A stretch of DNA of 64,000 nucleotides, from positions 5,766,001 through 5,830,000 of the forward strand of contig NW_025964372.1 of assembly GCF_023055435.1 (NCBI RefSeq), read 5' to 3'. The notes below the pieces were generated by a model. It was not told the DNA's origin. It did no database searches and saw nothing but the letters and a program-made list of their open reading frames with translations. This stretch comes from Haliotis rufescens (lineage: Eukaryota). A program made the position numbers and the translations under genes. This document shows positions 47,380 through 60,700 of the stretch, in pieces. How positions within the stretch are numbered: the first letter of the stretch is position 1; every line of letters begins with the position of its first letter.

Positions 47380-50300
47380 TCACAGCGCCTTGTGGAGGAC
47401 GTCCACGTTTTGCCGGACCCAGTCCTCGAACGAGAGCAGGTTAGGGTTCATCTGCCTGGTGGACGCCACGTTGTATCTCTGGTCAACTCGGCAGAAAAAG
47501 TAGAACATGTTGGCCCAGTCGCGGACACCAGGGAAGTCAAGCATCTTGTAGTCGTTCACGCTAATCTGAAACACAGGGAATAAGGTGGTCAAATAAAAGC
47601 GACAGAAACATTTCTATTATACATAATTTCATCTTCTTGAGGCAAGGGTGAAAACTGGACTTTTATTGTCAGTTAACTCCCTTGCCTCGGGAAGATGACA
47701 AAATTCATACTTCAAGTTCACCGTACAATGTCATAACATGTGTTAAAGAATCACTATCAAATAGTAATGATACCAGGTGTTTGCGAAAAGGTGAGCGTAT
47801 TCTGCCCCACCAGTGGCATCCGCCTCAAACACTTGCAAATGCAAGTCAATTGAAAAACAACGTTACATATAGCAGAAGTATAGAAAAAACGGAACTAAAT
47901 CGAATATAATCTTTGTCACTGATGCGTCAAATTTGGAAGTTCCCTACACTGAGGTCTTGAGAGTTGTAACCCTGATCAAACAACTTTTGACCAAGTGCTG
48001 CAACGTTTAATGCATCAAAAATAGCGAGCCTGACCACCCGATCCCGTTATTCGCCTCAAAGCATACTCGCTATTTACGGCAAGCATAGGTTGCTGAAGAT
48101 CTATTCTACCCCGGATCAAGCATGAGTGACTGGGGACCTTTAGTACCATAGACCTTTAGTACCGTAGATTACTGGGTTGGGAGATAATGAATAAATACCA
48201 ACATGAATACCAACCCAATTTCAAAACCAAATGTAGTATGGATTTTGATATTTTGGCCCCCTCCCTTTTTGAAATGCTTGATTCAACCATGTGCGAAGCC
48301 CATTTCTAATGTCCCCAGTCGTGATATTGCTGGAATATTGCTATACTCACTCACCCACTCACTGCAATTGCAAGACTGTCGTTACATGAAACACTGTCAT
48401 GGTTACCTGTTTCTCTTTAAACGTTTTGGGTTTGAGGTGTGTGGTGAGGATCTGGGCAATCTCTCTGATCGTGAGCTTGTCGCCGCACACGCTGACCGTC
48501 TTGTTGAGGTACATGTCGCGGCAGAGGAAGATCTTCCGCACGACGTCCCCGATGTTGTCGATGCAGATCATGTCTAGCGGGGCCTGGCCTATGGGCAATG
48601 CTGTAAACAGACATGTCAGATTTCCTAAGAAGCGGGCGAGGTCAAAGAAAGGTGAGGTGACGTGAAATTGGGTTTAACGTCGCGTCCAAGATTATTGCAC
48701 TTATATAGCGACGTGCATGCACGTGTGTCTGCTTGTACTAGTCCGGACTGATGCCGATTTATAGTGCTAGCCCACTGAGATACCATGCCGCAGTTTAACA
48801 TGAATACCCCACTCAGACACAGTATACTGACTCCGAGCCGACCAGTCCTTCTTTTAGCCCCTTAATGCCGAGCGCCAGACAGGATAACAACAAGTACCAT
48901 CTTTAAACGTCTTTTGGTATGACGCGGCCGGTGATCAAAACCCGGACCTTCCGCCCTCCGGGCGGACGCTCTACCACTAGACCACGGAGGCGGTCAGGCC
49001 AAAGAAAGAACCTTCTAACTGTTACCAATTTGGAGGAACCTATGGATTCATGGTACTTGCAGATCGTTAAAAAGATGTTCACTCATCGGTGATAATTCAA
49101 GTTGCAGTATCTTGTTCAATGTGTGCTGAAGGTTTAATTAAAAATTGAAATGGTTTGCACTATAACAATAGTATAAGATAGCGACAGCTTGTATTTCCAC
49201 ACCCGTGAAGAACCGGGTTAGAAGAGGTCTTCAGCAACCCATGCTTGCCGTGAACGGCGACTGTGCTTGTCGTAAGTGGCGACTAACGGGATTAGGTGGT
49301 CAGGCTCCCTGACTTGGTTGATGCATGTCATCTTATCCCTATCGCGTGGATCGATGCTCATGATGTCAGTCCCTGGATTGTCTGGTCCAGATTCGATTAT
49401 TTACAGACCGCTGTCATATAGCTGGAATATTGCTGAGTGCGGCGTTAAACAACAAACAAACACAATCTATTTTCACAACCGTGGACCTGGTGAGTGAATG
49501 AATGTTGTTTAACGCCACCGTCAGCAATATTCCTGGAACAGCTGTATTAGGGCAAACAACCTGCAAACAACCGTGTCTTGACCAGACAAACCAGTGGTTG
49601 ACAGCATGAGCAACGGTTTATTGATGACACACAGCCATCCCGGTATCGAGGCCACACACTGCGCTCCCCATCAGTCGGCTATACGACTAGCATGGGCTGC
49701 TTGGCAAATATCCTGCTGCGGAATCTCTGAGGGGTATACGTGTTTTTCCACAACCACCTGTCATTTGACTGAAGAAAACATTCAAGACCTTTTAGTGTGA
49801 TAGTATGACAGGCAATAGAAACGGATGTCAATTATGTCCACAGTCAAAACGGAGAACACTCATCTTCCCGAGACAATTGAGTTAACTGACTATAAAAGTC
49901 CTGATGCACCCTTGCACTACTAGATTGGAATTATGGAGTTATATTTTGCAAAGCATGTGTACGGCAACCTCGGCGTCGACAGGTATTTTGCAAATCTTTT
50001 CATGTATTTAATCAAGATGCCCACGTGATTGGATGCACTTCGCGAAATAAGACCCTTAATATTACAAAAACGATTTTGATTGTCGATCAGATCGTCTTGA
50101 CTGGGAGCCGCCATTTTGTATGAAGCAAATGCAAATAATATGACAGGTTGAATTTGATTGGTCAGTAGGCGGGACATAGAAGGGACATAACTCGTAATAG
50201 CCACTGGCGGCGCTACGATCGATCCCAGAAATTCCAGCCCAGTTGGGCAAGGGTGGCAACTGGCCTTTTACAGTCAGTTAACTCCCTTGCCTCGGGAAGA

Positions 50301-50730
50301 TGGAAATTATCTGGGAATCATTCAGTAAATATTTATTGAGCCGCCATTTGAATTTTTATTCCCTAATCTATTAAATCAATAATTCATGTATCGATATCAC
50401 AAATTCATTTTTAGATACGAATAAAACGAATGTATTTGTAGATGTCAATAAATGAATAAATTGCAATTGGCTGACTAAGAAATATTCCATAAACCGAAAA
50501 CAATATCAGGCCACGCCCACTAACGGACTGCTCCACCTGGTTGGATGATAACAGAAAGGGCGGGGCTTCCGCTGCATTATTGAGCCGAACGATGTCACTG
50601 ACTTCGAACTGGCCAGAGTTCTGTTTGTGCTTATCATTAAATAAGCAGGCTGTGTAGTTATTAGTGTTATATCATAAACTACATTTTAGGGTATCACAGT
50701 TATCTAAAGATCGAATCTCACATTAATAAA

Positions 50731-50786
<56 letters not shown>

Positions 50787-51356
50787 TTATTTTATATTTT
50801 AAAATCCTATTTTTTTAAACTTACATAATCTGTATTCGTGTTGGTCAACCTGATCTGGTCTGAAAAGGCCCATGAACTCTTCATAATAGCACGGCACCAT
50901 GATACAAGTTAGGGGGAGTTTCTTCTCATATAAGTAATCCTCGATCTCCGCCTTGGCGTCGAGGTGACGCACTTCAATTCCCAGCATGCGTTTCGCGTGC
51001 AACTGTGTACTGAAAACTACATGTTTCACACCAGCCATTGCGCATGCGTCTGCTATAAGACGACCTTGACGAATTTCATTTTCTTTGCACGATGGGTCTT
51101 TAAAGTCGGTGTATGTGACAAGGAAACATGCGTCGGTGCCGTCCAGTGCCATTTTGATGCTGTAAACATCATCCAAATTACACTGGCGAATGTCAACTCC
51201 CTCATTCTGAACTAATTGTTGAGGCCTGTTCGAGTCAAGTGTACTGGTCACCGCTCGTACCCGGATGTTGGGATCACGTGCAAGGGTACGTGCAACAGCG
51301 CCACCTTGCGATCCGGTTGCTCCAAATACCGTGATGATAAGTGGCTGCGCCATCAT
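47380..51356 (-). CDS. NMRAL1: NmrA-like family domain protein (NMRAL1/HSCARG-like NADPH sensor), 303 aa
   Basis: Exons 51356-50825, 48600-48407, 47565-47380. Motifs ITVFGATGSQGGAVARTL, VRAVT, CFLVT, EIRQGRLIADAC..AGVKHVVFS, HLDAKAEIEDY, PCYYEEF and NPNLLSFEDWVRQN. May be one of several paralogs. Confidence 0.85.
47630..47697. mobile_element. MITE family E remnant
   Basis: Fused TIR ends with near-TSD acataattt/acaaaattc. Confidence 0.7.
48651..48994 (-). mobile_element. SINE family B (MetaSINE-like), full length
   Basis: TSD approximately agg(t/c)caaagaaa. Confidence 0.9.
49201..49461 (+). mobile_element. Retroposon family A, full length
   Basis: Close to the family consensus. Confidence 0.9.
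49861..50302 (-). mobile_element. MITE family E with internal deletion
   Basis: TIRs catcttcccgag...ctcgggaagatg. Confidence 0.88.
50733..50783. repeat. (AT)n microsatellite
   Basis: Seen directly. Confidence 0.97.
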
Positions 51357-52359
51357 TTATCTGGAGAATGCAAAACACGAATTATACAAATGTACACACT
51401 TTTATTCCTTAGTGTATAAATGCTTTTCATAGTGGGATGCTAGTGTTGAACATTATTCAAATCAGATTACGGCATTTTTAAAACCAAATTCCCCTTAATT
51501 AGTTTTGACTTGATTATATCGCACCGTCGGTACGCATCGTTGCACATGCTATCAAACCCTGGTATGTCAGGCCAAGACCGTCGTCAGTCTAATTAAAATC
51601 AGATCTTTTTACTCCGATTGGATACCTCTCTCTGTGAAGATTTCAGGACACCTACATAGAAGGTCGCGTCAGCTGAACTTTCTAATCAGCTAAAAGGCGT
51701 CGAGGCCTTAAAATTGTCGGTAAGATTGAGCGAAGCTTTCAAACCAGCACATATGAGACCTGTATCTCGAAAACGAAACTAATCGGTCGGTTCTGAATGA
51801 AATTGATAATGCCGGGATTATATTTTTTGTTCTGTTGCATTTAACACAGTTAACATAGTTCACTGATGTACAAAGAGATGATAGCTTGACAAGAATTTGG
51901 TGACGTGATCCTTATACCCTTGCATTATTTACTTCGTGAGTATGGTATCGAATCCAAGTGTTTTGTTTTTTTGCTGAATGTTAAAGTGTTTTGTGCAAAA
52001 ACGTGTTAACAGGTTCAGAATTGGTATTGTGAAAAAATTAAAAACTTTGAACATAAAAAAATAAAGAATAAGTCTCCATCATACCTAAATCATTTGTTAC
52101 TTCAAAATATGTAACCTGTTTACATAACATACAAAATATTACTTTTCCTTTTGCCAAAAACAACCACGTTTTTAAAAGTCAATTATAACAAATGGAAATC
52201 ACAAAATAAAAATACTGTTTTTATAATTGAATTAAATACAAGAATGTATCCAAATATTTCAGTTATGGAAAACATGTAAATAAAATATTACATACAAGAC
52301 TTCGACATAGATGTAGCAATCTGAATGATGATTTGTTTAGAGTTAATGTGCCTCCTCAC

Positions 52360-52438
52360 CATGTGGTTGAAATAATAGAGTCAACTGGTAATATACATTA
52401 CACTTAGCACCTCGTCAATACACGTTAGCTGTTATATA
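52360..52438 (-). promoter_or_regulatory. Probable TATA box and short 5' leader exon of the NmrA-like gene
   Basis: TATATAA at 52438-52432, donor ATG|GTGAG at 52360/52359, and a matching acceptor ctccag 4 nt before the main ATG. Confidence 0.5.
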
Positions 52439-52746
52439 CGGACTGTAATCAATATTCACGACCCGTCTGTCGCACGGGACAATCTATACACCGGGATAAT
52501 CCCTGTCTGAGCGCCCCTTTTGTGTCGTCCTTGAAACAGCACTCGATCCGCAATTGAAAACCGTTGATTGAAATCAACTTGTGCCGTCAGCTGATAAAGG
52601 AGCTATAGGAATTGTTGCTGTAAAACACGCTGTGTGTCGAGATTGACAGCTATACCAACGTGTCACTATAACAGTCAATACTGATATTAACACATATTGC
52701 GGTGTCTGACATCTACCTGGTGTTCAGATCTGTTGTACAGGATTTC

Positions 52747-53289
52747 GGGGCGGGTAACCCAGTCGTCTATATGTCGTAATTCGCTGTGTGGTGTAGCCCC
52801 CCTTAAGCGTGTCAGAACCTATGGTCGCGGATTCGAATCTTGGATTCGTCCTGGTTATGTTTCTAGGTTTGTCAGTAGCTACGGAGCCGTGCTCGAGGGT
52901 TTGACCAAAGTGGTAAACGCCTAAGACCTGCATCACGTAGGTCTTTCCTTCCACAGTAAGCTAACACGCCGTGAAATACTGTTCAAAGCCGCGCTTTACC
53001 AAACTCACTAGACCCGTGAAGATCCGGGATAGAATAGGTCTTCTCCGAACCATGCTTGCCGTAAAAGGCGACTATGCTTGTCGTAAAAGACGACTATGCT
53101 TGTCGTAAAAGGCGACTCACGGGATCGGGTAGTCAGACTTAGCTGATGAATGCCTTCGTATCCCAGTTGGGTGGATCAATGCTCATGATATCAATGTCTG
53201 GATTGTCTGGTCCAGATTCGATTATTTACAGACCGCCGTCATCTAGGTGGAATATTGCTAAGTGCGACGTTAAACAACAAACAAACAAA
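52747..53289 (+). mobile_element. SINE family D (52747-53009) followed by retroposon family A (53011-53289) inserted in its tail
   Basis: The family A copy starts at GACCCGTGAAG inside the actcac tail, and the tail resumes after it. Confidence 0.8.
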
Positions 53290-53545
53290 AATGCTCACTC
53301 ACTCACTCGCCTCGCTCACCTCACTCAATCGTGCTACTATAATTTTTCAATGTTGGATTTTCTGTAACTGACTGATTTGTTAAACACGGTCTCTTGTTCA
53401 TAAAAGCGAGGTTGGGTGTGACGTCACTTTGAGCATAATTCAACTGTGTTGATTTGTTTAGTGTATTGGGCTGTCGGTATTAATTCTGACATGAAGTAAA
53501 ACATTCTTTTTATTATCTCAATTTTCCCCGCCGCTGTGAATATTT

Positions 53546-53824
53546 CATCTTCACGAGGCAAGGGAGTTGACTGACAAGTCCAGTTTCCACCCTTGCTGAA
53601 CTAGGCTGGTATTATGGAGTTACATTTTGGCTGGATTAACGAGTCTATGCATTGTCCAATCAAAATCGCGCAACGAAAACGAAATCCGGTTCGTAAACTG
53701 TCATGCAGATTTCGGTCGTTTGCAAGATTTGGCGCGACGATCGAGCCCAAGAATTCCAGCCTAGTTCAGCAAGGGTGGAAACTGGACTTTTAAAGTCAGT
53801 TATCTCTCTAGCCTCGTGAAGATG
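53546..53824 (-). mobile_element. MITE family E, internal deletion, 9-bp TSD
   Basis: Perfect TSD tgaatattt. Confidence 0.92.
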
Positions 53825-54439
53825 TGAATATTTTTTCCCCGATGTGTTACAAACAATACCCCTAAAATTGCACTACAAAGGCAGACCAGCTTGATCTTTC
53901 TTCAGCTATATTTATGAAACATTCGCTTCTTTCTGTTTGAAGTTGAAGATGTGAAACACAGAAAATCAATGGATGGCCTTAGGGAGAGAAGCATGTTGTA
54001 AACGTTTATAACATAGTTATAATGGGGTTCGAACCCGCAGTCAGCGGATCCTGATTTAGTTTATCAATAAAGTTTTGCTGGAGTTGCGGCACCTTAGATC
54101 ACGTGTCCTCCCGTGTCCTTAGCACTTCATACAACCTTAATTTTAGGGTCAGTCGTATACTAGTACTAGTATATTATAGGGAGGCATGGTTCACCAAGTC
54201 GGCTAAGATGCAGGGTTGCATGGTTGCGTCCCTTAGGCTTGACAGTATCCGATTATATATGTGGGTTCGAATCCACGATTCGCCCTGATAATGACCTGCA
54301 CCATACACGTTGGTTTCCCTAAAGTGGTAAAAATCTACCTTCTGCATCATCCTTTCCTCCAACAGTAATTTGGCATTAAAGGCGCCGAGATGTAACTGAA
54401 ATACTCACTCTCTCTCTCACGCACTCACATGTCTAGTTG

Positions 54440-54765
54440 GACCTCCTCGCGGTCTAGAGGACAGCGTATGCCAGGAGGGTGGACGGTTTGGGGGTTCGAT
54501 TCCCGGCCGCGTCATTCCGAAATGACGTTGAACGATGGTACTTGTTGTTACCCTGCCTGCTCGGCAATAAGGGATAACACAAGGACTGATTGATTCGGAG
54601 TAATATTATGTCTGAGTGGGGTATTCATGTTAAACTGGTATCTCAGTGGGCTAGCTCTATAAAACCGACACTAGTCCGGACTGATACAAGCAGACCCCGC
54701 CGACCCCTCTACACACAAACACACACATATACACACGCAAGCACATACGAACGCACACACACACG

Positions 54766-54844
<79 letters not shown>
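54440..54844 (+). mobile_element. Diverged SINE family B ending in an expanded (CA)n microsatellite
   Basis: Family B body, with (CA)n at about 54768-54844. Confidence 0.8.
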
Positions 54845-54846
<2 letters not shown>

Positions 54847-54873
54847 TCAGGTACAATCAATGTCTTTGTGTCC

Positions 54874-55033
54874 GGGGGCGGTGGGGTAGCCTAGTGGTTA
54901 AAGCGTTCGCACGCCGAAAACCCGGGTTCGATTCCCGACATGGGTACAATGTGTGAAGCCCATTTCTGGTGTCCCCCGCCGTGATATTGCTGGAATATTG
55001 CTAAACGCGGCGTAAAACCATACTCACTCACTC
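54874..55033 (+). mobile_element. SINE family C, full length
   Basis: tRNA A/B boxes and TSD tctttgtgtcc. Confidence 0.88.
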
Positions 55034-56379
55034 GCTCTTTGTGTCCGATTGATTGAGGATGTAGTACTATAACAGCTTACCCCGTGGTTCAAGGTCAACA
55101 GGGAATATGGATTTATCGACATGAAACTATATCAAATATAAACACTGTCGATATTGTTATCAATGTAATAAGATCCACCGCGGGCGACAATTCACAATAT
55201 TGAGCGAGCGGGCGAATTAGATTATACTGATTGAGTTAAGATAACACAACGCACGTAGCTGCTTCGACCTCATGCATATTGGGCTGCGTTTTAATTTTAT
55301 AAAGAAAGATATATATAATCAAATCTTTTCAGTGTTGCCTATTTTCATTGAGATATTTGAATAACAGTGAGTTTCGGAATGCATTTTCGCCGTAATCAGC
55401 AGTATTCAAACTGTAAGTTATATATATTTAGGCACCAGCTTAAGGTCGGCATGTAGATGCATTTCAAACAAGCAATGAAAAAGCACTCGAAATATACGAA
55501 CTTTTGATATCCTATTCTCTCTAGTTTTAAAAACAACACTCTTAAATTACCTTGTTATTTCGACTATTCAATCCAGCGTCCAGGAATGCTTCCATTCAAA
55601 AGGTCATTATTCTTAGTCAACGTCGTACAATGAAATACATCAAATTAAAATATTAACGGTTTTTTTTAAATGTTGTGAAGCTGACCGAAAAATCTCCTAT
55701 CAACGGAATGACATTTCATGTGTGCCATCAACAAGAGACCATATGCCGATATCTTGTATCTGCGCGAACTGTCGTGTGACAAAAATAAAAAATAAATAAA
55801 CAGTTGGAACGCGTGATTCTGATTCGCTATAAATACACAAATATTGACGATAAAAAGTTGAGATAAGCTCTAACGCTCTATAGCTCACTAAGTTACTCGG
55901 AAACTCTTGAGATGGCAGTTTAAATCAAATGTGTCATTCTTTTCTCGGTACTTAAACAACAATTCCGTGTCGTATGAAAGTGTAGCGGTTCTCCCCCAAA
56001 CAAAGACTAAAGACTAACCTCGTCTGTCCCTCGTGGCTGTCACAACTGCCAGTGTTTGGCTCAAGGAGTTAGCAACGGTAGTGACCGTCTGCGCATGACG
56101 AGAAGGCTTGTTTACATTGAGCTGTTGACACTTGACACGACACTCGTGTTTGAACCTGTCAGTGGGTAAATAGCTTTTAACATGTCGTCAGAGGGTGACA
56201 GAGTTGTGTCCCTTAACCCAAAAAGAAACGGGCGTAAAATTCCAAATTCGTTTATCAGTTTGTACCCTTTTTTTCTATTGAGTGTTTATTGTATCTGTGT
56301 TTGTGTAAGAATCGACCGCCTGTGGTCTAGTGGCATCGGAATGCCTTGGTTCGATCCCCGGCTGCGTCATACTAAAACA

Positions 56380-57003
56380 CATTTTGGACCCTCCGGACTG
56401 GTGAATAGCAATGACTCCTATCAGTTCGAACTAAATCAAATGGAACTAGAAGACCTTGTTTCAACAACTGTTCCCGATTCCTATTCTTACCTTTTTCTAA
56501 AGTCATTAGAACTATAAAAACTGACATTTTCCTGCCTTCAAAAGAAAGACCAAAAGTAGTTTCGTTACATTGGATTAAAAATGCCTGTGAGAGCATGAAC
56601 AACATCATCAAATTAAGTACCAATTGGAAATAAATGAAAATCCCGGATTTAACTGACAGATTTCACACAATTGTAAAAATGCAGTTTGCTGACATGCGCC
56701 GTGCCCTCTACGGCCAAGGCAACTACCAACTGACACCGTGGATCGCAGGCTTTAAATTGTCTAATGCCTGCTGGACATCAAAAAGCCAACAGGAGAAAGA
56801 CAGACATTTTCGGAAGTTCCTGCGTGGCCCCAGATGTCAACAAGGCATTACTGTTTCGTCGGATGATCCTGCGTGGCCCCAGATGTCAACAAGGCATTAC
56901 TGTTTCGTCGGATGATCGCCTCCACATCCCCAAGACACCACAGACAGCCCGAAAACCAGAACAACGAAAGAGGATTAAAAAAGCAAAGACGTTCACACAC
57001 TAA
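56380..57003 (+). pseudogene. DNA-transposase C-terminal relic (Mutator-like); second copy at ~59238-59811
   Basis: FGPSGLVNSNDSYQF...HWIKNACESMNNIIKLSTNWK*MKIPDL...QFADMRRALYGQGNYQL contains the N-x-x-ES-x-N-x-x-IK catalytic-E signature of MULE-type DDE transposases, with a stop codon and frameshifts. Confidence 0.55.
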
Positions 57004-57586
57004 GAAAGTAGTATTTTCAACAAAATAATTCATGTACTATAGGAAAGTAGGAAGTAAGTCAGATAGATATGATGAACATTGATTATTATTTATTAAACAT
57101 CTTATGTATTGTAAATAAGTACGCGGGTTAGAATTGGTCTTCAGCAACCCATGCTTGCCGTAAGAGGCGACTATGCTTGTGGTAAGAGGCGACTAACAGG
57201 ATCGGGTGGTCAGGCTCGCTGACTTGGTTGATGCATGTCATCGTATCCCAATTGCGTGGATCGATGCTCATGATGTCAATCACTGGATTGTCTGGTCCAG
57301 ACTCGATTATTTACAGACCGCTGTCATATAGCTGGAATATTGCTGACTGCGGCGTTAAACAACAAACAAACAAACATTTTTTACATTGTCTGTAATTACT
57401 TATACGCCCGCCTTGTTGGATAAAGAACAAAACCTTTACGCCCTATTAAATATCTTTTACCCTGTTACTTGTACTCATTTTTGTTTTTATTTGCTTTGAG
57501 TTCTTTTTATTTGTACGCCAGTTGTTTTTCTCACGATCTTACCAAACTGAGAAAGACATGTCTTATTGACTGCACTGTATTTTTAA

Positions 57587-57792
57587 ACTCCCGGACGTCT
57601 GATGAAACCTCCCGGACGTTTCCGGACGTCTGATGAAACGTCCCGGACGTTTCCGGACGCCCTCGGACATTCTCACGATCTTTCCAAACTGAGAAAGACA
57701 TGTTTTATTGATTGCACTGTATTTTTAAACTCCCGGACGTCTGATGAAACCTCCCGGACGTTTCCGGACGTCTGATGAAACCTCCCGGACGT
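57587..57792. repeat. Array of palindromic ccggacgt(c/t) units; second copy at 60396-60630
   Basis: ctcccggacgtctgatgaaac...tccggacgt repeats inside a ~138-bp duplicated block. Confidence 0.85.
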
Positions 57793-60700
57793 TAAATAGT
57801 AGGACCCGTGTCAGTATACTGTGGCTGAGTTTGGTATCCATGTAAAAAACTACAGCATAGCATCTCAGTGGGCTAGCACTAAAAACTGGCATAAACCTGG
57901 ACCAGTAGTCACATACACATGTATCCACAGTGCTACATTTAAGTGAAATATATATATTATTGAACGCGACGTGAAAACCCATTTAAACTCGCCTCACTGT
58001 ATTTTTATATTTCTTGGAATTAAATCATTCCTGATTGTCAGTCTTTTCACACATTTTGATCTCTGTATTAATATGTAAATAAATTGTCAGGTGAAAACTT
58101 TGATTCTTATATATCGCACGGATGTAAATGCACATAGATCACTCACACGGAAAAAATTAAATTGTGGTAGATGACAGAACGACGACTGTGTTGCACATGT
58201 TACCCACAATTCCCTGGTGCAAGATTATATCGCAAAGATTTACGACAAAAAGTCAGGCCTGAATTCATTCCACTGCCGCGGTGGTCTATTTGTAATAGTT
58301 TCCTGAAAAGTCTTTGGGACTAGTGGGCAATTGAATATGGGTGATTATTGTAAACAATTGATGTAACATGCCATATTTGGTCTACTAGTTCTTCACATTC
58401 CCAGTATTTTGTTAGTTGTCCAGTTTTATTTCATTTACACCCTGACACTGCATGACAGTTGTGGGAAAGTTTACCGCAATAGTGATTGGGAGACAATGCC
58501 AACAAGCCTATTAATTACAAGCTGGACCGAGTTCTGTCGTGAATAGGCTACTGTGTTTATTTACCTTGAAGAGACATTGCTTATAAAAATTCAGCATGTA
58601 AGGGAGGTAATCGCATTGTAGTAAAACAGATGTAAAACAAGGAATGAATTGAAACCAATATTTTTCGTATTATTGAAAACACATATTTGCTGATTAAACA
58701 GTTTGGGAAAATTTAAATGTTGTAAGTTTATTTTGACGATAAAAGAGTTTGCCGCCGTGTTGATTCCTCGCTTCAAAGCTAGTGTTCTTGTTTTCTACTG
58801 TCGCAAATATTTTCCCTTCCGTTTCCAGAACCAGAATAATCTCCCTTGTTAACACAAGCTCCCCACAGCGAAAGTCCATTTGCGCAGCTCTCTACCCCAT
58901 CGCGCTGTTACCGAGAGTGTAACGAAGTTAGCAACGGTAGTGACCGTCTGCGCATGACGAGAAGGCTTGATACATTGAGCTGTTGACACTTGACACGACA
59001 CTCGTGTTTGAACCTGTCAGTGGGTAAATAGCTTTTAACATGTCGTCAGAGGGTGACAGAGTTGTGTCCCTTAACCCAAAAAGAAACGGGCGTAAAATTC
59101 CAAATTCGTTTATCAGTTTGTACCCTTTTTTTCTATTGAGTGTTTATTGTATCTGTGTTTGTGTAAGAATCGACCGCCTGTGGTCTAGTGGCATCGGAAT
59201 GTTTTGGTTCGATCCCCGGCTGCGTCATACTAAAACACATTTTGGACCCTCCGGACTGGTGAATAGCAATGACTCCTATCAGTTCAAACTAAATCAAATG
59301 GAACTAGAAGACCTTGTTTCAACAACTGTTCCCGATTCCTATTCTTACCTTTTTCTAAAGTCATTAGAACTATAAAAACTGACATTTTCCTGCCTTCAAA
59401 AGAAAGACCATAAGCAGTTTCGTTACATTGGATTAAAAATGCCTGTGAGAGCATGAACAACATCATCAAATTAAGTACCAATTGGAAATAAATGAAAATC
59501 CCGGATTTAACTGACAGATTTCACACAATTGTAAAAATGCAGTTTGCTGACATGCGCCGTGCCCTCTACGGCCAAGGCAACTACCAACTGACACCGCGGA
59601 TCGCAGGCTTTAAATTGTCTAATGCCTGCTGGACATCAAAAAGCCAACAGGAGAAGACAGACATTTTCGGAAGTTCCTGCGTGGCCCCAGATGTCAACAA
59701 GGCATTACTGTTTCGTCGGATGATCGCTTCAACATCCCCAAGACACCACAGACAGCCCGAAAACCAGAACAACGAAAGAGGATTAAAACAGCAAAGACGT
59801 TCACACACTAAGAAAGTAGTATTTTCAACAAAATAATTCATGTACTATAGGAAAGTAGGAAGTAAGTCAGATAGATATGATGAACATTGATTATTATTTA
59901 TTAAACATCTTATGTATTGTAAATAAGTACGCGGGTTAGAATTGGTCTTCAGCAACCCATGCTTGCCGTAAAAGGCGACTATGCTTGTGGTAAGAGGCGA
60001 CTAACAGGATCGGGTGGTCAGGCTCGCTCACTTGGTTGATGCATGTCATCGTATCCCAATTGCGTGGATCGATGCTCATGATGTCAATCACTGGATTGTC
60101 TGGTCCAGACTCGATTATTTACAGACCGCTGTCATATAGCTGGAATATTGCTGACTGCGGCGTTAAACAACAAACAAACAAACATTTTTTACATTGTCTG
60201 TAATTACTTATACGTCCGCCTTGTTGGATAAAGAACAAAACCTTTACGCCCTATTAAATATCTTTTACCCTGTTACTTGTACTCATTTTTGTTTTTATTT
60301 GCTGTGAGTTCTTTTTATTTGTACGCCAGTTGTTTTTCTCACGATCTTACCAAACTGAGAAAGACATGTCTTATTGACTGCACTGTATTTTTAAACTCCC
60401 GGACGTCTGATGAAACCTCCCGGACGTTTCCGGACGTCTGATGAAACGTCCCGGACGTTTCCGGACGCCCTCGGACATTCTCACGATCTTACCAAACTGA
60501 GAAAGACATGTTTTATTGACTGCACTGTATTTTTAAACTCCCGGACGTCTGATGAAACCTCCCGGACGTTTCCGGACGTCTGATGAAACCTCCCGGACGT
60601 TTCCGGACGTTCCCGGGCGGCCCCGGACGTTAAATAGTAGGACCCGTGTCAGTATACTGTGGCTGAGTTTGGTATCCATGTAAAAAACTACAGCATAGCA

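Noticed and set aside
57587-57792. CTGATGA plus hairpins suggesting a hammerhead ribozyme or C/D snoRNA
   Set aside because: No GAAA follows the would-be stem II, there is no stem III or cleavage triplet, and no box C/D terminal stem is present. It is better explained as a palindromic transposon repeat.
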